A stretch of 64,000 bases of DNA from Candidatus Pacebacteria bacterium UBA6180. Its GTDB lineage: Bacteria; Patescibacteriota; Microgenomatia; UBA1400; PJMF01. Shown here piece after piece: positions 17,363 through 29,815 of the stretch; position 1 is the first letter of the stretch, and each line of letters opens with the position of its first letter. Under the pieces are notes generated by a model. That model saw only the letters and a program-made list of their open reading frames with translations. It did no database searches and was not told where the DNA came from. A program made the position numbers and the translations under genes. The DNA is taken from positions 56,595-120,594 of the forward strand of contig DITQ01000010.1 of the NCBI GenBank assembly GCA_002422165.1, read 5' to 3'.

Positions 17363-17947
17363 ATGACAGAGCTTTTTCTAAGCAAACCAGCACTTCGTTA
17401 TAAAAACAGCTTCTTGGAAGCAGTGCGGGAGGTGCAGGCTGAGCGAGCCAGCAATCCTTTCAGCGCCACGATGGCGGAAAACCACTTAGACATCGACCAG
17501 CTACGAGACGACTTTCTTTTCGAAGGGTTTTTGGAAAAAATGGAGCGCGAGTCGCTAGCCACGACCACTGATGAAAATGGCTATGTGCCAAACACAACTT
17601 TGTGGTTGATTGGGCGAGCGGCTGACGACACTGAGGTTTTCATCGGCCGCGTCAACATTCGTCACTACCTAACTGAGAAATTACGCAATACTTTTGGACA
17701 TTCGGGGTTTTTAATTCGACCGACAGAACGTGATAAAGGCTACGGGCGATCGCTGCTTCAGTTAGCGTTGTTCAAAGCTAAAGAGATTGTTACTGATGCG
17801 GAAAAATTTGACCACAAAGTTCTAATCACTTGCAGAGCCAACAACGCCATTTCTCAAAAAATTATCATAGGCGCTGGCGGCATCTTTGAACGGAGCGTCA
17901 TTTTGCCAAGCGGCGAGAGCGAGCTGCTCCACTGGGTACCACTTTAA
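17363..17947 (+). CDS. GNAT-family N-acetyltransferase
   Basis: The Q/RxxGxG/A-like acetyl-CoA motif RDKGYGRSLL is present. The ORF track starts at 17330, and the first plausible ATG is at 17363 (MTELFL...). Confidence 0.55.
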   Translation: MTELFLSKPALRYKNSFLEAVREVQAERASNPFSATMAENHLDIDQLRDDFLFEGFLEKMERESLATTTDENGYVPNTTLWLIGRAADDTEVFIGRVNIRHYLTEKLRNTFGHSGFLIRPTERDKGYGRSLLQLALFKAKEIVTDAEKFDHKVLITCRANNAISQKIIIGAGGIFERSVILPSGESELLHWVPL

Positions 17948-18224
17948 CGAGTTCTCCCCTCTCTGGAATCTCGAGGGCCTTTTTGGTGTGAATGCTATAT
18001 TGTGAAAAGCAGCTGCAACAGCATTCTCTATGGCAAAAAAGACTGATTCATAGCGAGAAATGTCATATAGATCAAATTAGCAGAATTTAGACTCGTCTGC
18101 CAAAGACTGATAATAATTCCTAAAAAATGAAAAGAAAAAACCTTACCAATTGATAAATTGATTGAAACGCTGCTGCCGCTAGTGCATTAAGCTTAAATTT
18201 ATTGTAGATTGAAGTCAGTAACAA

Positions 18225-19172
18225 ATGCAATCACCAAAACACAACAGAACTAACCCTGATCTCGCCTTGATCGACTTTTTGGAATCCCTTGAAGTCGAAA
18301 AAAACCTGAGCCGATTAACTATTCGTAACTACGGTCACTATTTGCGCCGTTTTAACGAGTGGTTTAAGGATCAGGGCTACAAAGATCTCAAAGAATTGGA
18401 CCGAGAAATTCTGCGCAAATACCGGATTTTTCTTGCTCGCTACAGTGACGAAATGTCAAGAACCCTATCAAAAAAGACACAAAGCTATCATGTGATCGCC
18501 TTGCGTTCTTGGTTTAAGTGGCTGACCAAAAATGACCAAGAAGTCATGCATCCGGAAAAAATTGACTTGCCTAAAGGTGAATCAACCCACATGCAGTTTG
18601 TCAACGTCGAAGAAATTGAGCGCCTGCTGTCGCAGCCAGAGCTTTCAAGTAAGGAAGGTCTTCGTGATAAGGCTATTTTGGAACTACTCTTCTCTACTGG
18701 TTTGCGGGTTAGCGAATTGGTGGGCCTCAACCGCGACCAGATTGACCTAGGCCGGCGCGAATTTGGTGTGATCGGCAAGGGTCGCCGGCCACGAGTAGTT
18801 TTTCTAAGCGAGCGAGCAGCTACCTGGCTGCAGCGCTATCTGGTTTCCAGAGAGGATAATTGGCGACCAATTTTCGTTCGTCACTCTGGTAAAAAACCTG
18901 ATCCTCTGATGGATGGCGATGAGATGCGCTTGACCACTCGCAGTATTCAGCGTCTAGTCGACCATTATGCTCGGCAGGCGCGCCTGACAGTCAAATTGAG
19001 TCCGCACGGCATCCGTCATAGTTTCGCCACGGATTTGCTAATCAATGGTGCAGGCTTGCGCGATGTCCAGGAGATGCTTGGGCACAAAAACATTGCCACG
19101 ACGCAGATTTACACCCATGTTACTCAGCCACAGCTTAAGAAGGTCTACGATGAAACCCACTCGAAGATGTAG
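18225..19172 (+). CDS. xerD: Tyrosine recombinase XerC/XerD family
   Basis: An N-terminal core-binding domain is present. The C-terminal HGIRHSFATDLL...LGHKNIATTQIYTHV carries the R-H-R-Y catalytic signature. Confidence 0.8.
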   Translation: MQSPKHNRTNPDLALIDFLESLEVEKNLSRLTIRNYGHYLRRFNEWFKDQGYKDLKELDREILRKYRIFLARYSDEMSRTLSKKTQSYHVIALRSWFKWLTKNDQEVMHPEKIDLPKGESTHMQFVNVEEIERLLSQPELSSKEGLRDKAILELLFSTGLRVSELVGLNRDQIDLGRREFGVIGKGRRPRVVFLSERAATWLQRYLVSREDNWRPIFVRHSGKKPDPLMDGDEMRLTTRSIQRLVDHYARQARLTVKLSPHGIRHSFATDLLINGAGLRDVQEMLGHKNIATTQIYTHVTQPQLKKVYDETHSKM

Positions 19173-19249
19173 GCTTAGTTTATAGAAGTGGCGCATTGAA
19201 AACCAAGTCTAGTGATGTTAAAATTCCCCTTGTCTTAAAATCACAAATC

Positions 19250-19323
19250 GGGCCGGTAGCTCAGTTGGCTAGAGCGCTTCTATGGCATAGAAGAGGTCAG
19301 GGGTTCAAGTCCCCTTCGGTCCA
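19250..19323 (+). tRNA. tRNA-Ala (anticodon GGC)
   Basis: The acceptor stem gggccgg / tcggtcc includes a G3:U70 pair. The anticodon loop atGGCat reads GGC. A GGTTCAAGTCC T-arm is present. CCA is not encoded. Confidence 0.85.
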
Positions 19324-19326
19324 CAC

Positions 19327-20196
19327 ATGAATAGACCATTATATCCTGCTTTTTCGCTTCTTTTGGCTACTTTCCTCTACAGCTTCTTTGGTGTCTTGAC
19401 TAGGATAATGGGCTTTGATTTGCCGATTTATTTCGCCAGTTTTACAAGAGATCTGGCGGGAGCGCTGATTTTGCTGCTACCTCTGGTGCTACTGGGCAAA
19501 TTGCAAAAAGTTGCTAAACAAGATTGGCCTTGGCTGATTTTACGCTCGGCTGGCGGAGTTTTTGGCTTCCTTGGTTCTTATTATGCTATGTATAATTTGC
19601 CGATTGGCACGGCTTATTTCATTTTCTATGGTGGCTCGACGATTTTTGGTTTCCTATCTGGAGCTTGGCTATTCAAGGAAAAAATTAGCTTCATCGAAGG
19701 CTTGTCGCTTTTGGTTTCGCTGCTTGGCTTGATCATGATTTATTCCATCGGTGGAGTGGGCGTTGGTTTATTGCCTTACGTGATTTGGGCTTTTGTAGGC
19801 GGCATGGGGGCAGCGGTCTGGAACACTTTTTCCAAGAAAATCTCAGGGATTTACAGTGCTACTCAGCTCAATGGTTTGGATTTTGCGATTTTTACAGTTA
19901 TGATGCTTGGTTTATCGCTTTTGGCTGGTGAAACTTGGGTGGCGCCTGCATGGAATCTAATTTGGCTAGCTAACTTACTCTTCGTCATCATGTTTGTGGT
20001 GACTGGTCAGTTGATGATTTATGGTTTTAAGTACCTCGATGCGCAGAAAGGCAGTCTGATTATGCTGCTAGAGGTAGTTTTTGGCGCACTGATTGGTTGG
20101 CTGTTTTATCAGGAAGCGCTTGGTATAGGAGCTCTCCTTGGTGGCTTACTGATTTTGCTTGGGGCGGTATTGCCGCAGGTAAGCAAAAAAGCTTAA
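19327..20196 (+). CDS. EamA/DMT-family transporter
   Basis: The 289-aa product has ten predicted TM helices in two repeated halves. The start lies 4 nt after the tRNA, and an alternative ATG exists at 19405. Confidence 0.55.
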   Translation: MNRPLYPAFSLLLATFLYSFFGVLTRIMGFDLPIYFASFTRDLAGALILLLPLVLLGKLQKVAKQDWPWLILRSAGGVFGFLGSYYAMYNLPIGTAYFIFYGGSTIFGFLSGAWLFKEKISFIEGLSLLVSLLGLIMIYSIGGVGVGLLPYVIWAFVGGMGAAVWNTFSKKISGIYSATQLNGLDFAIFTVMMLGLSLLAGETWVAPAWNLIWLANLLFVIMFVVTGQLMIYGFKYLDAQKGSLIMLLEVVFGALIGWLFYQEALGIGALLGGLLILLGAVLPQVSKKA

Positions 20197-22934
20197 GCTT
20201 TATCCCCTTCACCCTCGTCCATGGTTAAGGCCACAGCGACAACCTGATCACCATCGCTCATTTTCATCAGGATCACGCCTTGTGTGGGACGAGTCAGGGT
20301 GGGAATGGAAGCTTTGCTGATCGGCATTTTGATAGCTTTGCCGGTTTTGGTGCTGATGACGACTTCTTTATTTGCGTCAGTGACCATTTTGGCAGAGGCG
20401 ACTTTGCCAGTGCGCTTGGTGATTTCAGAAACTTTGACTCCGAGGCCAGATCGTTTCTGAAGTGGGTAGTTCTCTAGAGTAGTGCGCTTGCCCATGCCGT
20501 TTTCAGTGATAATGAGCAAGCTGTTTTCTTTGAGAACTTCTTTTTTGTCCTCAAAAACCTCGACGCCGACAACAGAATCGCCGCTATGTAGGGTAATGCC
20601 TTTGACACCCTTGGTGTCGCGTTGGCTGGATTTAACCTCTTCTTCGCTGAAGCGAATTGATTTACCATCGTGAGTGATGAGCATGATGTGGTCGTGACCC
20701 GTGGTGATCTTGCCCCAGACGAGCTCATCACCGTCGTTGAGGATGATGGCTACGATGCCGCTTTGGCGAATATTGCTGAAGAGTTTGAGGGCAGTTTTCT
20801 TGACTAGACCATTTTTGGTGGCCAGGGTGACAAATTTATCTTTGTCAGCTTCTTGATCGACGACCAGTATGGAGAGAACTTTCTCTTCGCCCTTGAGATT
20901 GAGAATGTTGACGATGGCGGTGCCTTTGGCTTGGCGGCTGGCGTCAGGGATCTCGTAGGCCTTCATTTCGAAGACACGGCCCTGATTGGTGAAGAGGAAG
21001 AGGTTGTCATGAGTGTTGCAGGTGACGATACACTTGAGGACATCCTCAGCTTTCATGTTGAGGCCTTTACTGCCTTTACCGCCGCGAGACTGCGAGCGGA
21101 AGGCGTCTGGACTGAGGCGCTTGATGTAGCCACTTTCAGTCAGTGTGATAACCGTCGATTCATCGGCGATTAAGTCTTCTTCGTTGAATTCACCAATTTT
21201 GCCTTTGATGACTTTGGTGCGGCGCTCGTCACCGTAAAGCTCGATCATTTCCTTGGTTTCTTCAGCAATCTTGGCCAGAATTTTGGCAGGATCATTGAGC
21301 AAGTGGATCAAGATGCCAATGGCAGCCTGAATGGCGGCATATTCTTCTTCAATTTTCTGGCGCTCGAGAGCGGCCAGACGCTTGAGTTGCATTTCCAGGA
21401 TGGCGGATGCCTGCAGGTCACTGAGGCCAAATTTTTTCATCAGGGCTTCATGAGCGGTGGGCGTGTCTTTGGAGGAACGGATAGTTTGGATGACTTCGTC
21501 GAGATTATTGAGGGCGATAATCAGGCCTTCGAGGATGTGGGCGCGGTCGCGAGCTTCCTTGAGCTCGTTTTGGCTGCGGCGGACGACTACTAGTTGGCGG
21601 TGAATGATGTATTCGCGTAGTACCTGGCGCAAAGTCATCAGAGAAGGAGTGCCTTCGCTGTTGAGAGCGACCATATTCATCGAGAAGCTGCTTTGCAGCT
21701 CCGAGTATTTGAAGAGCTTGTTAAGGACGACGTTTGGGCGAGCGTCTTTTTTGAGCTCGACGGTGATTTCCATGCCCTTGCGGTCAGAGTCGTCGCGCAG
21801 GTTGCGGATGCCGACGATTTTTTTGTCGCGGACCAGGTCGGCGATCTTCATTAGCAAGCGAGCTTTGTTGACCTGATAAGGTAACTCGGTGATCGAAATC
21901 GAGAAAGAGCCTTTCTTGTCTTCCTCGATGCTGGCTTTGCCACGGATGACGATGCGACCCCGGCCAGTACGGTAGGCCTCAGAAATCTCCTTTTGGTCAT
22001 AGATGATGCCGGCGGTGGGGAAATCTGGACCCTTGATGTGCTCCATCAGTTCTTCGTGAGTAATGTCGCTTTCGAATTTACCAGTTAGAGCACTTGGTGC
22101 AGCAGCTAAAATAGCGTTAATACACTCCGAATCAGAACTGAGTTTCTCCTCACCAATTTCAATGGTGCTTTCAGTGGTAGCTTTGCCCTTGGCCAGCATG
22201 GCGACGATAGCGTTGCTGACCTCAGTTAAATTGTGAGGGGGGATTTTGGTGGCCATACCCACAGCAATACCTTCTGAGCCCATCAACAGGAAATTGGGAA
22301 TACGAGTTGGCATGACAGTGGGCTCTTTGGTGGAGCCATCGAAGTTGTCGACAAAGTCGACGGTACCTTTATTAATATCGGCCAAAAGTTCTTGGGCGAT
22401 TTTGGCGCTGCGAGCTTCGGTGTAACGCATAGCCGCTGGGCTGTCGCCGTCAATCGAACCAAAGTTACCCTGCCCATCAATTAGTGGGTAACGCATGCTA
22501 AAGTCCTGCGCTAAACGCACTAGGGCCATATAAACGGCACTGTCACCGTGAGGGTGATATCTACCCAGGACATCACCGACGATACGCGCAGATTTCTTGT
22601 AAGGCGTGTTGTAGTGAATGCCCGATTTGAACATGGAATAAAGGATGCGGCGGTGTACTGGCTTGAGACCATCACGGACGTCAGGCAGAGCGCGCGAGAC
22701 AATGACGCTCATCGCGTAATCGAGGTAGGATTTTTCCATCTCGTTGACGATGGAAGTGTGTTTGAGTTTGCCATAAGCACTGTCCTCGATGGTGCCGATT
22801 TTAGAGGCGAGCTCTTCTTCATTAATTTCTTCGATTTCGCTGGTAATTTCGTGTTTAGTGGTCTCGTCGGCAGAGTCAGTCTCTTCGAGATTTTCAACGC
22901 TGATGTTTAATTCGTCTGCCTGTGCTTTTGACAT
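20193..22934 (-). CDS. gyrA: DNA gyrase subunit A
   Basis: The N-terminal [28 protein letters not shown] includes the catalytic Tyr region. Length is 913 aa, with C-terminal beta-pinwheel repeats. Confidence 0.95.
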   Translation of the reverse strand: MSKAQADELNISVENLEETDSADETTKHEITSEIEEINEEELASKIGTIEDSAYGKLKHTSIVNEMEKSYLDYAMSVIVSRALPDVRDGLKPVHRRILYSMFKSGIHYNTPYKKSARIVGDVLGRYHPHGDSAVYMALVRLAQDFSMRYPLIDGQGNFGSIDGDSPAAMRYTEARSAKIAQELLADINKGTVDFVDNFDGSTKEPTVMPTRIPNFLLMGSEGIAVGMATKIPPHNLTEVSNAIVAMLAKGKATTESTIEIGEEKLSSDSECINAILAAAPSALTGKFESDITHEELMEHIKGPDFPTAGIIYDQKEISEAYRTGRGRIVIRGKASIEEDKKGSFSISITELPYQVNKARLLMKIADLVRDKKIVGIRNLRDDSDRKGMEITVELKKDARPNVVLNKLFKYSELQSSFSMNMVALNSEGTPSLMTLRQVLREYIIHRQLVVVRRSQNELKEARDRAHILEGLIIALNNLDEVIQTIRSSKDTPTAHEALMKKFGLSDLQASAILEMQLKRLAALERQKIEEEYAAIQAAIGILIHLLNDPAKILAKIAEETKEMIELYGDERRTKVIKGKIGEFNEEDLIADESTVITLTESGYIKRLSPDAFRSQSRGGKGSKGLNMKAEDVLKCIVTCNTHDNLFLFTNQGRVFEMKAYEIPDASRQAKGTAIVNILNLKGEEKVLSILVVDQEADKDKFVTLATKNGLVKKTALKLFSNIRQSGIVAIILNDGDELVWGKITTGHDHIMLITHDGKSIRFSEEEVKSSQRDTKGVKGITLHSGDSVVGVEVFEDKKEVLKENSLLIITENGMGKRTTLENYPLQKRSGLGVKVSEITKRTGKVASAKMVTDANKEVVISTKTGKAIKMPISKASIPTLTRPTQGVILMKMSDGDQVVAVALTMDEGEGDKA

Positions 22935-23069
22935 ATTGTTTTACTTATTGATCTATTGTTTTATATATTGATTGTTTTTGATTATACTTGAGTAAATAGA
23001 TTGATGAGTCAATCAAATTATTTACTTAGCCCTTTTAGCAGTCAATTCTCTACTCTGCTAATTAGCTGC

Positions 23070-24023
23070 TCACTTGCTCGCTCCAAAAATTGCCTCGATC
23101 GGTGGAGCGATTTCTTTCTTGCGTGACAAACGCGCGCCGATATCTAACACTTGTTTGGTCACTTGACCGCCGAAGGCTTGCTCAGCCACAGCAGCACCAC
23201 TTTCGTCCAAAACCAAGAGTTTGCTATTGAGCTTGAGGATATCGGTAATGACCACGAAAATGTGTTCGACACCGAGGTCTTTTTTGACCTTAGCCATCGC
23301 TTCCAGTAAGCAGTCTTTTTTGTCGGCTAAGATGGTGTCTTGTTCGACTGTCTCCAGCTGATCGATCATGACTTTCGAACCAGCGAAATCAAAGATCTTG
23401 TAATCGTTTTTGACGATTTCTTCACAGCTTAGTTTGCTTACATCTGACTTAGCTTTGAAGATCTCCAAAGTGAAGGCGTCGACGTCGTCAATGTTTGCTA
23501 ACCCTGCTAGCCAAGCCGCTACATCGCGGTCCTTGGGGGTGCAGGTAGCGGACTTGAAACCAACGGTGTCGGATAAAATGGCCGCCAGCATCAGAGCTGC
23601 TAATTTGGAATCCGGGGTGAAGTTATTTTTTTGCATCATGTGGGCGATGATGGTGTTGACAGAGCCCCAAGGTTTGAAAGTTAGGAAGATTGGCTGGTTG
23701 AAGTTGAGGTTGGCTTTGTGGTGATCAACGATCTCGACAATCTGTTTTTCAGGCAGATCGATCAAGCGCTGATTCGCTTCGTTGTGGTCGACCAGAACGA
23801 CTTGGTCATCGGTTTGCAGTTGTGTGGCAGTGAGCACATTGGGAGCAGATAATTCAAATTTGTCTAAGAGAAACTTAGTCTCGTTGTTGACCTCTTCTGT
23901 GATAGCCGGAATAACGTCCTGGTAGCCGAAGCAATCAGCGCCCTGGTAAAGAGCAGCTAGCGACATGGCTGCAACTACAGAGTCAGTGTCTGGTTTGAGG
24001 TGTCCGATGACGTAAGTTTTCAT
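23070..24023 (-). CDS. ppaC: DHH-family manganese-dependent inorganic pyrophosphatase
   Basis: The N-terminal GHLKPDTDSVVAAM carries the DHH motif. The ~310-aa length and DHHA2-like C-terminus fit PpaC. Confidence 0.7.
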   Translation of the reverse strand: MKTYVIGHLKPDTDSVVAAMSLAALYQGADCFGYQDVIPAITEEVNNETKFLLDKFELSAPNVLTATQLQTDDQVVLVDHNEANQRLIDLPEKQIVEIVDHHKANLNFNQPIFLTFKPWGSVNTIIAHMMQKNNFTPDSKLAALMLAAILSDTVGFKSATCTPKDRDVAAWLAGLANIDDVDAFTLEIFKAKSDVSKLSCEEIVKNDYKIFDFAGSKVMIDQLETVEQDTILADKKDCLLEAMAKVKKDLGVEHIFVVITDILKLNSKLLVLDESGAAVAEQAFGGQVTKQVLDIGARLSRKKEIAPPIEAIFGASK

Positions 24024-24059
24024 ATGGTGCTCTCTACTCCTTTCTGTTTAGGTTTTAGT

Positions 24060-26195
<2,136 letters not shown>

Positions 26196-26212
26196 TTACT
26201 GTATTTTACAGG

Positions 26213-26863
26213 CTAGTTGCGTAGGCCTACCAGAGAAAAAAAGCATTTTTCTAGAGATAATTGCACGTTTTGGTTGTGTCGCAGCGCCTGGTAAGCTTCC
26301 AGGAAACTTTTTTGTGCTGGGGAATTGGCAAGCATGAGTCCTCCGATGAGGCTGAGGGCTTTGTTGCGATCTTTGTTTGCTTGCGCCAACTGGATCGCCT
26401 CGGTGTAGTTGTTTGGCCAGGAGAAGTTGTTTTCTACCCTAGTTTGACTCTGGGCAAGTGAGATCACTAAGCAGCGTGAAATAATGGTTTCCAAAATTTT
26501 CCAAAGTTCGTAGACTGGCAACAAAATCAAGGTGTGAGCTGGACTTTCCTCGAGGATTTTGAGGGCGGCATTTTGGGCCTCGGCACCTGCCGTTTCGAAG
26601 TTGAGCAAGACGAAGGCGCGTTGGCCTTGGCCTGAGAAGCTGCTGCTATAGGCAGCAGCAGTTTGCATCAGTCTAACTTCTTCGATGGGAAAGTTGGCGT
26701 AAGTTTCGTTAAAAAAAGTGATATTTTCTCTTGTAATGTTGATTTTGGTCGCGCTTAGGTAATCAAGAACATTTTGCTTGACCACTTCGATTTGATTTTC
26801 TGGCTCAAGTAAAGCATTTCCTTGATCTAACAGTAAAATTTGACTAGTATGAAAAACTGACAT
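26213..26863 (-). CDS. DNA polymerase III delta'-like clamp-loader subunit (degenerate, no Walker A)
   Basis: RAFVLLNFETAGAEAQNAALKILEESPAHTLILL resembles the NALLKTLEEPP sensor motif of HolB/DnaX. Confidence 0.45.
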   Translation of the reverse strand: MSVFHTSQILLLDQGNALLEPENQIEVVKQNVLDYLSATKINITRENITFFNETYANFPIEEVRLMQTAAAYSSSFSGQGQRAFVLLNFETAGAEAQNAALKILEESPAHTLILLPVYELWKILETIISRCLVISLAQSQTRVENNFSWPNNYTEAIQLAQANKDRNKALSLIGGLMLANSPAQKSFLEAYQALRHNQNVQLSLEKCFFSLVGLRN

Positions 26864-26950
26864 TGCATTAACCGATCTTGCTTCGTAAAAATCTACTTTG
26901 ATTCTTCAACTCAGATTGATTTTGTGCCATTATAAAGGCAGAGTTTAGAT

Positions 26951-28723
26951 ATGTTAACTGCCCAAACCGATTCTAGCGGAGCTGTGTATATCCCCACCAA
27001 TTCTTTTGTGGATGTTTTGTATCAAAAAGGCCAATTGACTCAGGCTCAGGTTGAATTGTTGCGCCAAGAACAATTGAGTGCTTCGGAAGATTATGAATCT
27101 TTAATCAAAAATCAAAATTTACTTAGTGCAGCAATTATCAATCAAGCCAAAGCTGAATATAACCATTTGGGCTACGTTGATTTGGCGGCGGTGGGAATTG
27201 ACTCAGAGGCGCTTGGTTTGCTTGATGAAGCAATTGCTAAGCGTTACAAAGTGTTGCCTTTTGCTCTAGATAAAGAGCAGGACTCGATCAAAATCGCCAT
27301 GCTTGATCCTTTGGATTTGACGACGATTGAGTTTTTGCGCCAAAAAACAGGTCATAATGTCGAGGCTTACTATGCTGACGCTGAAGCTTTGGAAAGGCTA
27401 ATAGTTGAGCGTTATTCTCAGAATTTGTCAACCGAAGTTGATGAGGCTCTGCGCACCACCAGTCAATTTCAGAACCAAGCGGCGCGAGGCGTGGCAGTTA
27501 ATAATTCTGGTCAAATTTTGCGCGATGCACCAATCAATCGCATTGTGGAGAATATTTTGGATTTCGCCATTAGTTCGCGAGCTTCTGACGTTCACATCGA
27601 ACCACAGGGAAATAGCGTCCGAGTGCGTTATCGCATCGATGGTATTTTGGTAGAGAAATTAATTTTACCGCGCAATGTCCATGATGCAGTGATTTCAAGA
27701 ATCAAAATTATGTCCAACTTGAAGATTGACGAAAAGCGTTTGCCTCAGGATGGACGCTTCGATTATGCATCTTCTGGCAAGGAGGTTGATTTACGTATTT
27801 CTACTCTGCCAACTGTACATGGAGAGAAAATCGTAATGCGTCTACTTGAAAAGAACACGGCCGTGCCTTCGCTACAGGATTTAGGATTGCGTGGACTAGC
27901 GCTACAGCGAGTTATGGACAGCATCAAGATTCCTCACGGCATTATTTTGATCACTGGTCCTACCGGTTCTGGTAAAACTACTACTCTCTACTCCATCCTA
28001 CACATGATTAATAATGTCGGAGTCAACATCATGACTATTGAGGATCCAGTTGAATACCAGATTCCTGGAGTTAGCCAGGTGCAGGTTAACCCTAAGGCAG
28101 GTTTAACTTTTGCTTCTGGTTTGCGGTCATTTTTGCGTCAAGATCCAGACATTATTATGGTGGGAGAAATTCGTGATAACGAAACTGCTGATCTGGCTTT
28201 GCAGGCTTCACTAACTGGTCATTTGGTGTTCTCCACCCTTCACACAAATAGTGCGGCTGGAGCGTTGCCTCGTCTACTCGACATGGAGGCTGAGCCATTT
28301 CTCTTATCATCATCGATGCTCTTGACTCTTGGTCAACGGGTGGTACGACGTATCAATCCTAACTATAAAGAAGAATACAAGCCAGATGAAACTGTGATTG
28401 CCAATATCAAGAAAGTTTTGGGACCACTTTTTGAAAATTTTTGCAAAGAAAACAATAAAGATCCAAACAACATCACTCTTTTTCGTCCGATGGCCAATCG
28501 GCCGCCTACGGAACCAGAATACAAGGGTCGGGTGGCTATTTTTGAGGTGATGGCGATAACACCACAAATTTCTCAACTTATCATGAAGCGTAGTTCTGAG
28601 CCAGAATTAGAGGGCGTGGCGCTTCAGCAAGGGATGATGCTGATGAAGCAAGATGGTTATCTCAAGGCTCTTGAGGGAGTAACGACGATTGAGGAAGTAA
28701 TTAGAGTGGCTGAGGTCAAATAA
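26951..28723 (+). CDS. pilB: Type IV pilus assembly ATPase PilB (GspE family)
   Basis: Walker A GPTGSGKTTTLYS, the Asp box and a His box are present. The N-terminal GSPII-like domain fits PilB. Confidence 0.9.
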   Translation: MLTAQTDSSGAVYIPTNSFVDVLYQKGQLTQAQVELLRQEQLSASEDYESLIKNQNLLSAAIINQAKAEYNHLGYVDLAAVGIDSEALGLLDEAIAKRYKVLPFALDKEQDSIKIAMLDPLDLTTIEFLRQKTGHNVEAYYADAEALERLIVERYSQNLSTEVDEALRTTSQFQNQAARGVAVNNSGQILRDAPINRIVENILDFAISSRASDVHIEPQGNSVRVRYRIDGILVEKLILPRNVHDAVISRIKIMSNLKIDEKRLPQDGRFDYASSGKEVDLRISTLPTVHGEKIVMRLLEKNTAVPSLQDLGLRGLALQRVMDSIKIPHGIILITGPTGSGKTTTLYSILHMINNVGVNIMTIEDPVEYQIPGVSQVQVNPKAGLTFASGLRSFLRQDPDIIMVGEIRDNETADLALQASLTGHLVFSTLHTNSAAGALPRLLDMEAEPFLLSSSMLLTLGQRVVRRINPNYKEEYKPDETVIANIKKVLGPLFENFCKENNKDPNNITLFRPMANRPPTEPEYKGRVAIFEVMAITPQISQLIMKRSSEPELEGVALQQGMMLMKQDGYLKALEGVTTIEEVIRVAEVK

Positions 28724-28735
28724 AGGGGTGAACAA

Positions 28736-29791
28736 ATGCAAATACAAGACTTACTTCAATTTATAATTGATAACAAAGGTTCTGATATTCATCTAGTAGC
28801 TGGGTCACCGCTGTCAGTGCGGGTCAATGGTGTTTTGAGTTTTCCAGCTGGACCACAACCGCTCAATAAAGAGCAGGTGCAAGCTCTGATTTTTGCTATT
28901 CTCACTCCAACTCAGCGCACTGCTTTGGAAGAAAAAAAAGAAATTGACTTGGCTTATCAGTTCGCTGATCGAGGTCGTTTTAGAATCAATGTTTATCGGC
29001 AAATGGAAAGCTATGCTGCAGCACTGCGTTTGATTCCTGATACGATTCTAAGCATTGATGATCTTGGTTTACCCAAAATTTTTCACAGTTTCGCCAACTA
29101 CAATCAAGGTCTAGTGCTTTTTACTGGGCCAACTGGCGAAGGCAAATCAACTTCGTTGGCAGCTATTATCGACGAAATCAATCAGACTGAGAGCCGCCAC
29201 ATTTTAACCATTGAAGATCCAGTTGAGTTTGTCTACAAATCCGCCAAAAGCGTAATTTCGCAGCGTGAGGTGGGTAAAGACACTCATGCTTGGCAGGCGG
29301 CCTTGCGCTCGGCCTTGCGTAGTGATCCAGACGTAGTGTTGGTTGGTGAAATGCGCGATTTCGAGACAATTTCTTTGACGATGACCTTAGCAGAGACTGG
29401 TCACTTGGTTTTTGCGACCTTACACACCAACACTTCCTCGCAGACCATCGATCGCATTGTTGATGTTTTTCCATCTCACCAGCAAGCACAAGTTCGCCAA
29501 CAACTTTCAACAGTACTTAACGCAGTGGTCTCGCAGCGCCTGGTTCCTAGAATCCATGGCGGGCGTGTGGCAGCGGTAGAGATTATGCTCAACACGCCCG
29601 CCATCGCTAACTTAATCCGTGAGAAAAAAGTTTTTCAGATCGATGGTGTTATTCAGACATCTTCTGGTTCTGGGATGATGCTTTTGGAGAGTCACCTGCT
29701 GGACTTAGTTAATCAAAAAATTATTAGCAAAGAAACTGCGCTCAAGAGAGCTTTTCGACCAAACGAGCTTATTAGATTGATGGGTGACTAA
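28736..29791 (+). CDS. pilT: Twitching-motility retraction ATPase PilT
   Basis: Walker A GPTGEGKSTSLAA is present. The 351-aa length and AIANLIREKK motif fit the PilT family. Confidence 0.9.
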   Translation: MQIQDLLQFIIDNKGSDIHLVAGSPLSVRVNGVLSFPAGPQPLNKEQVQALIFAILTPTQRTALEEKKEIDLAYQFADRGRFRINVYRQMESYAAALRLIPDTILSIDDLGLPKIFHSFANYNQGLVLFTGPTGEGKSTSLAAIIDEINQTESRHILTIEDPVEFVYKSAKSVISQREVGKDTHAWQAALRSALRSDPDVVLVGEMRDFETISLTMTLAETGHLVFATLHTNTSSQTIDRIVDVFPSHQQAQVRQQLSTVLNAVVSQRLVPRIHGGRVAAVEIMLNTPAIANLIREKKVFQIDGVIQTSSGSGMMLLESHLLDLVNQKIISKETALKRAFRPNELIRLMGD

Positions 29792-29815
29792 TTTTTGAAA
29801 ACTTGATTATTAGAT

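Noticed and set aside
20280-22971. Many 60-120-aa ORFs antisense to or out of frame within gyrA, and similarly within gyrB (24072-25951) and the PBP1A, pheST and GH130 genes
   Set aside because: They are fully embedded in long, strongly conserved coding frames. This is typical background in GC-moderate coding DNA, and no motifs are present.
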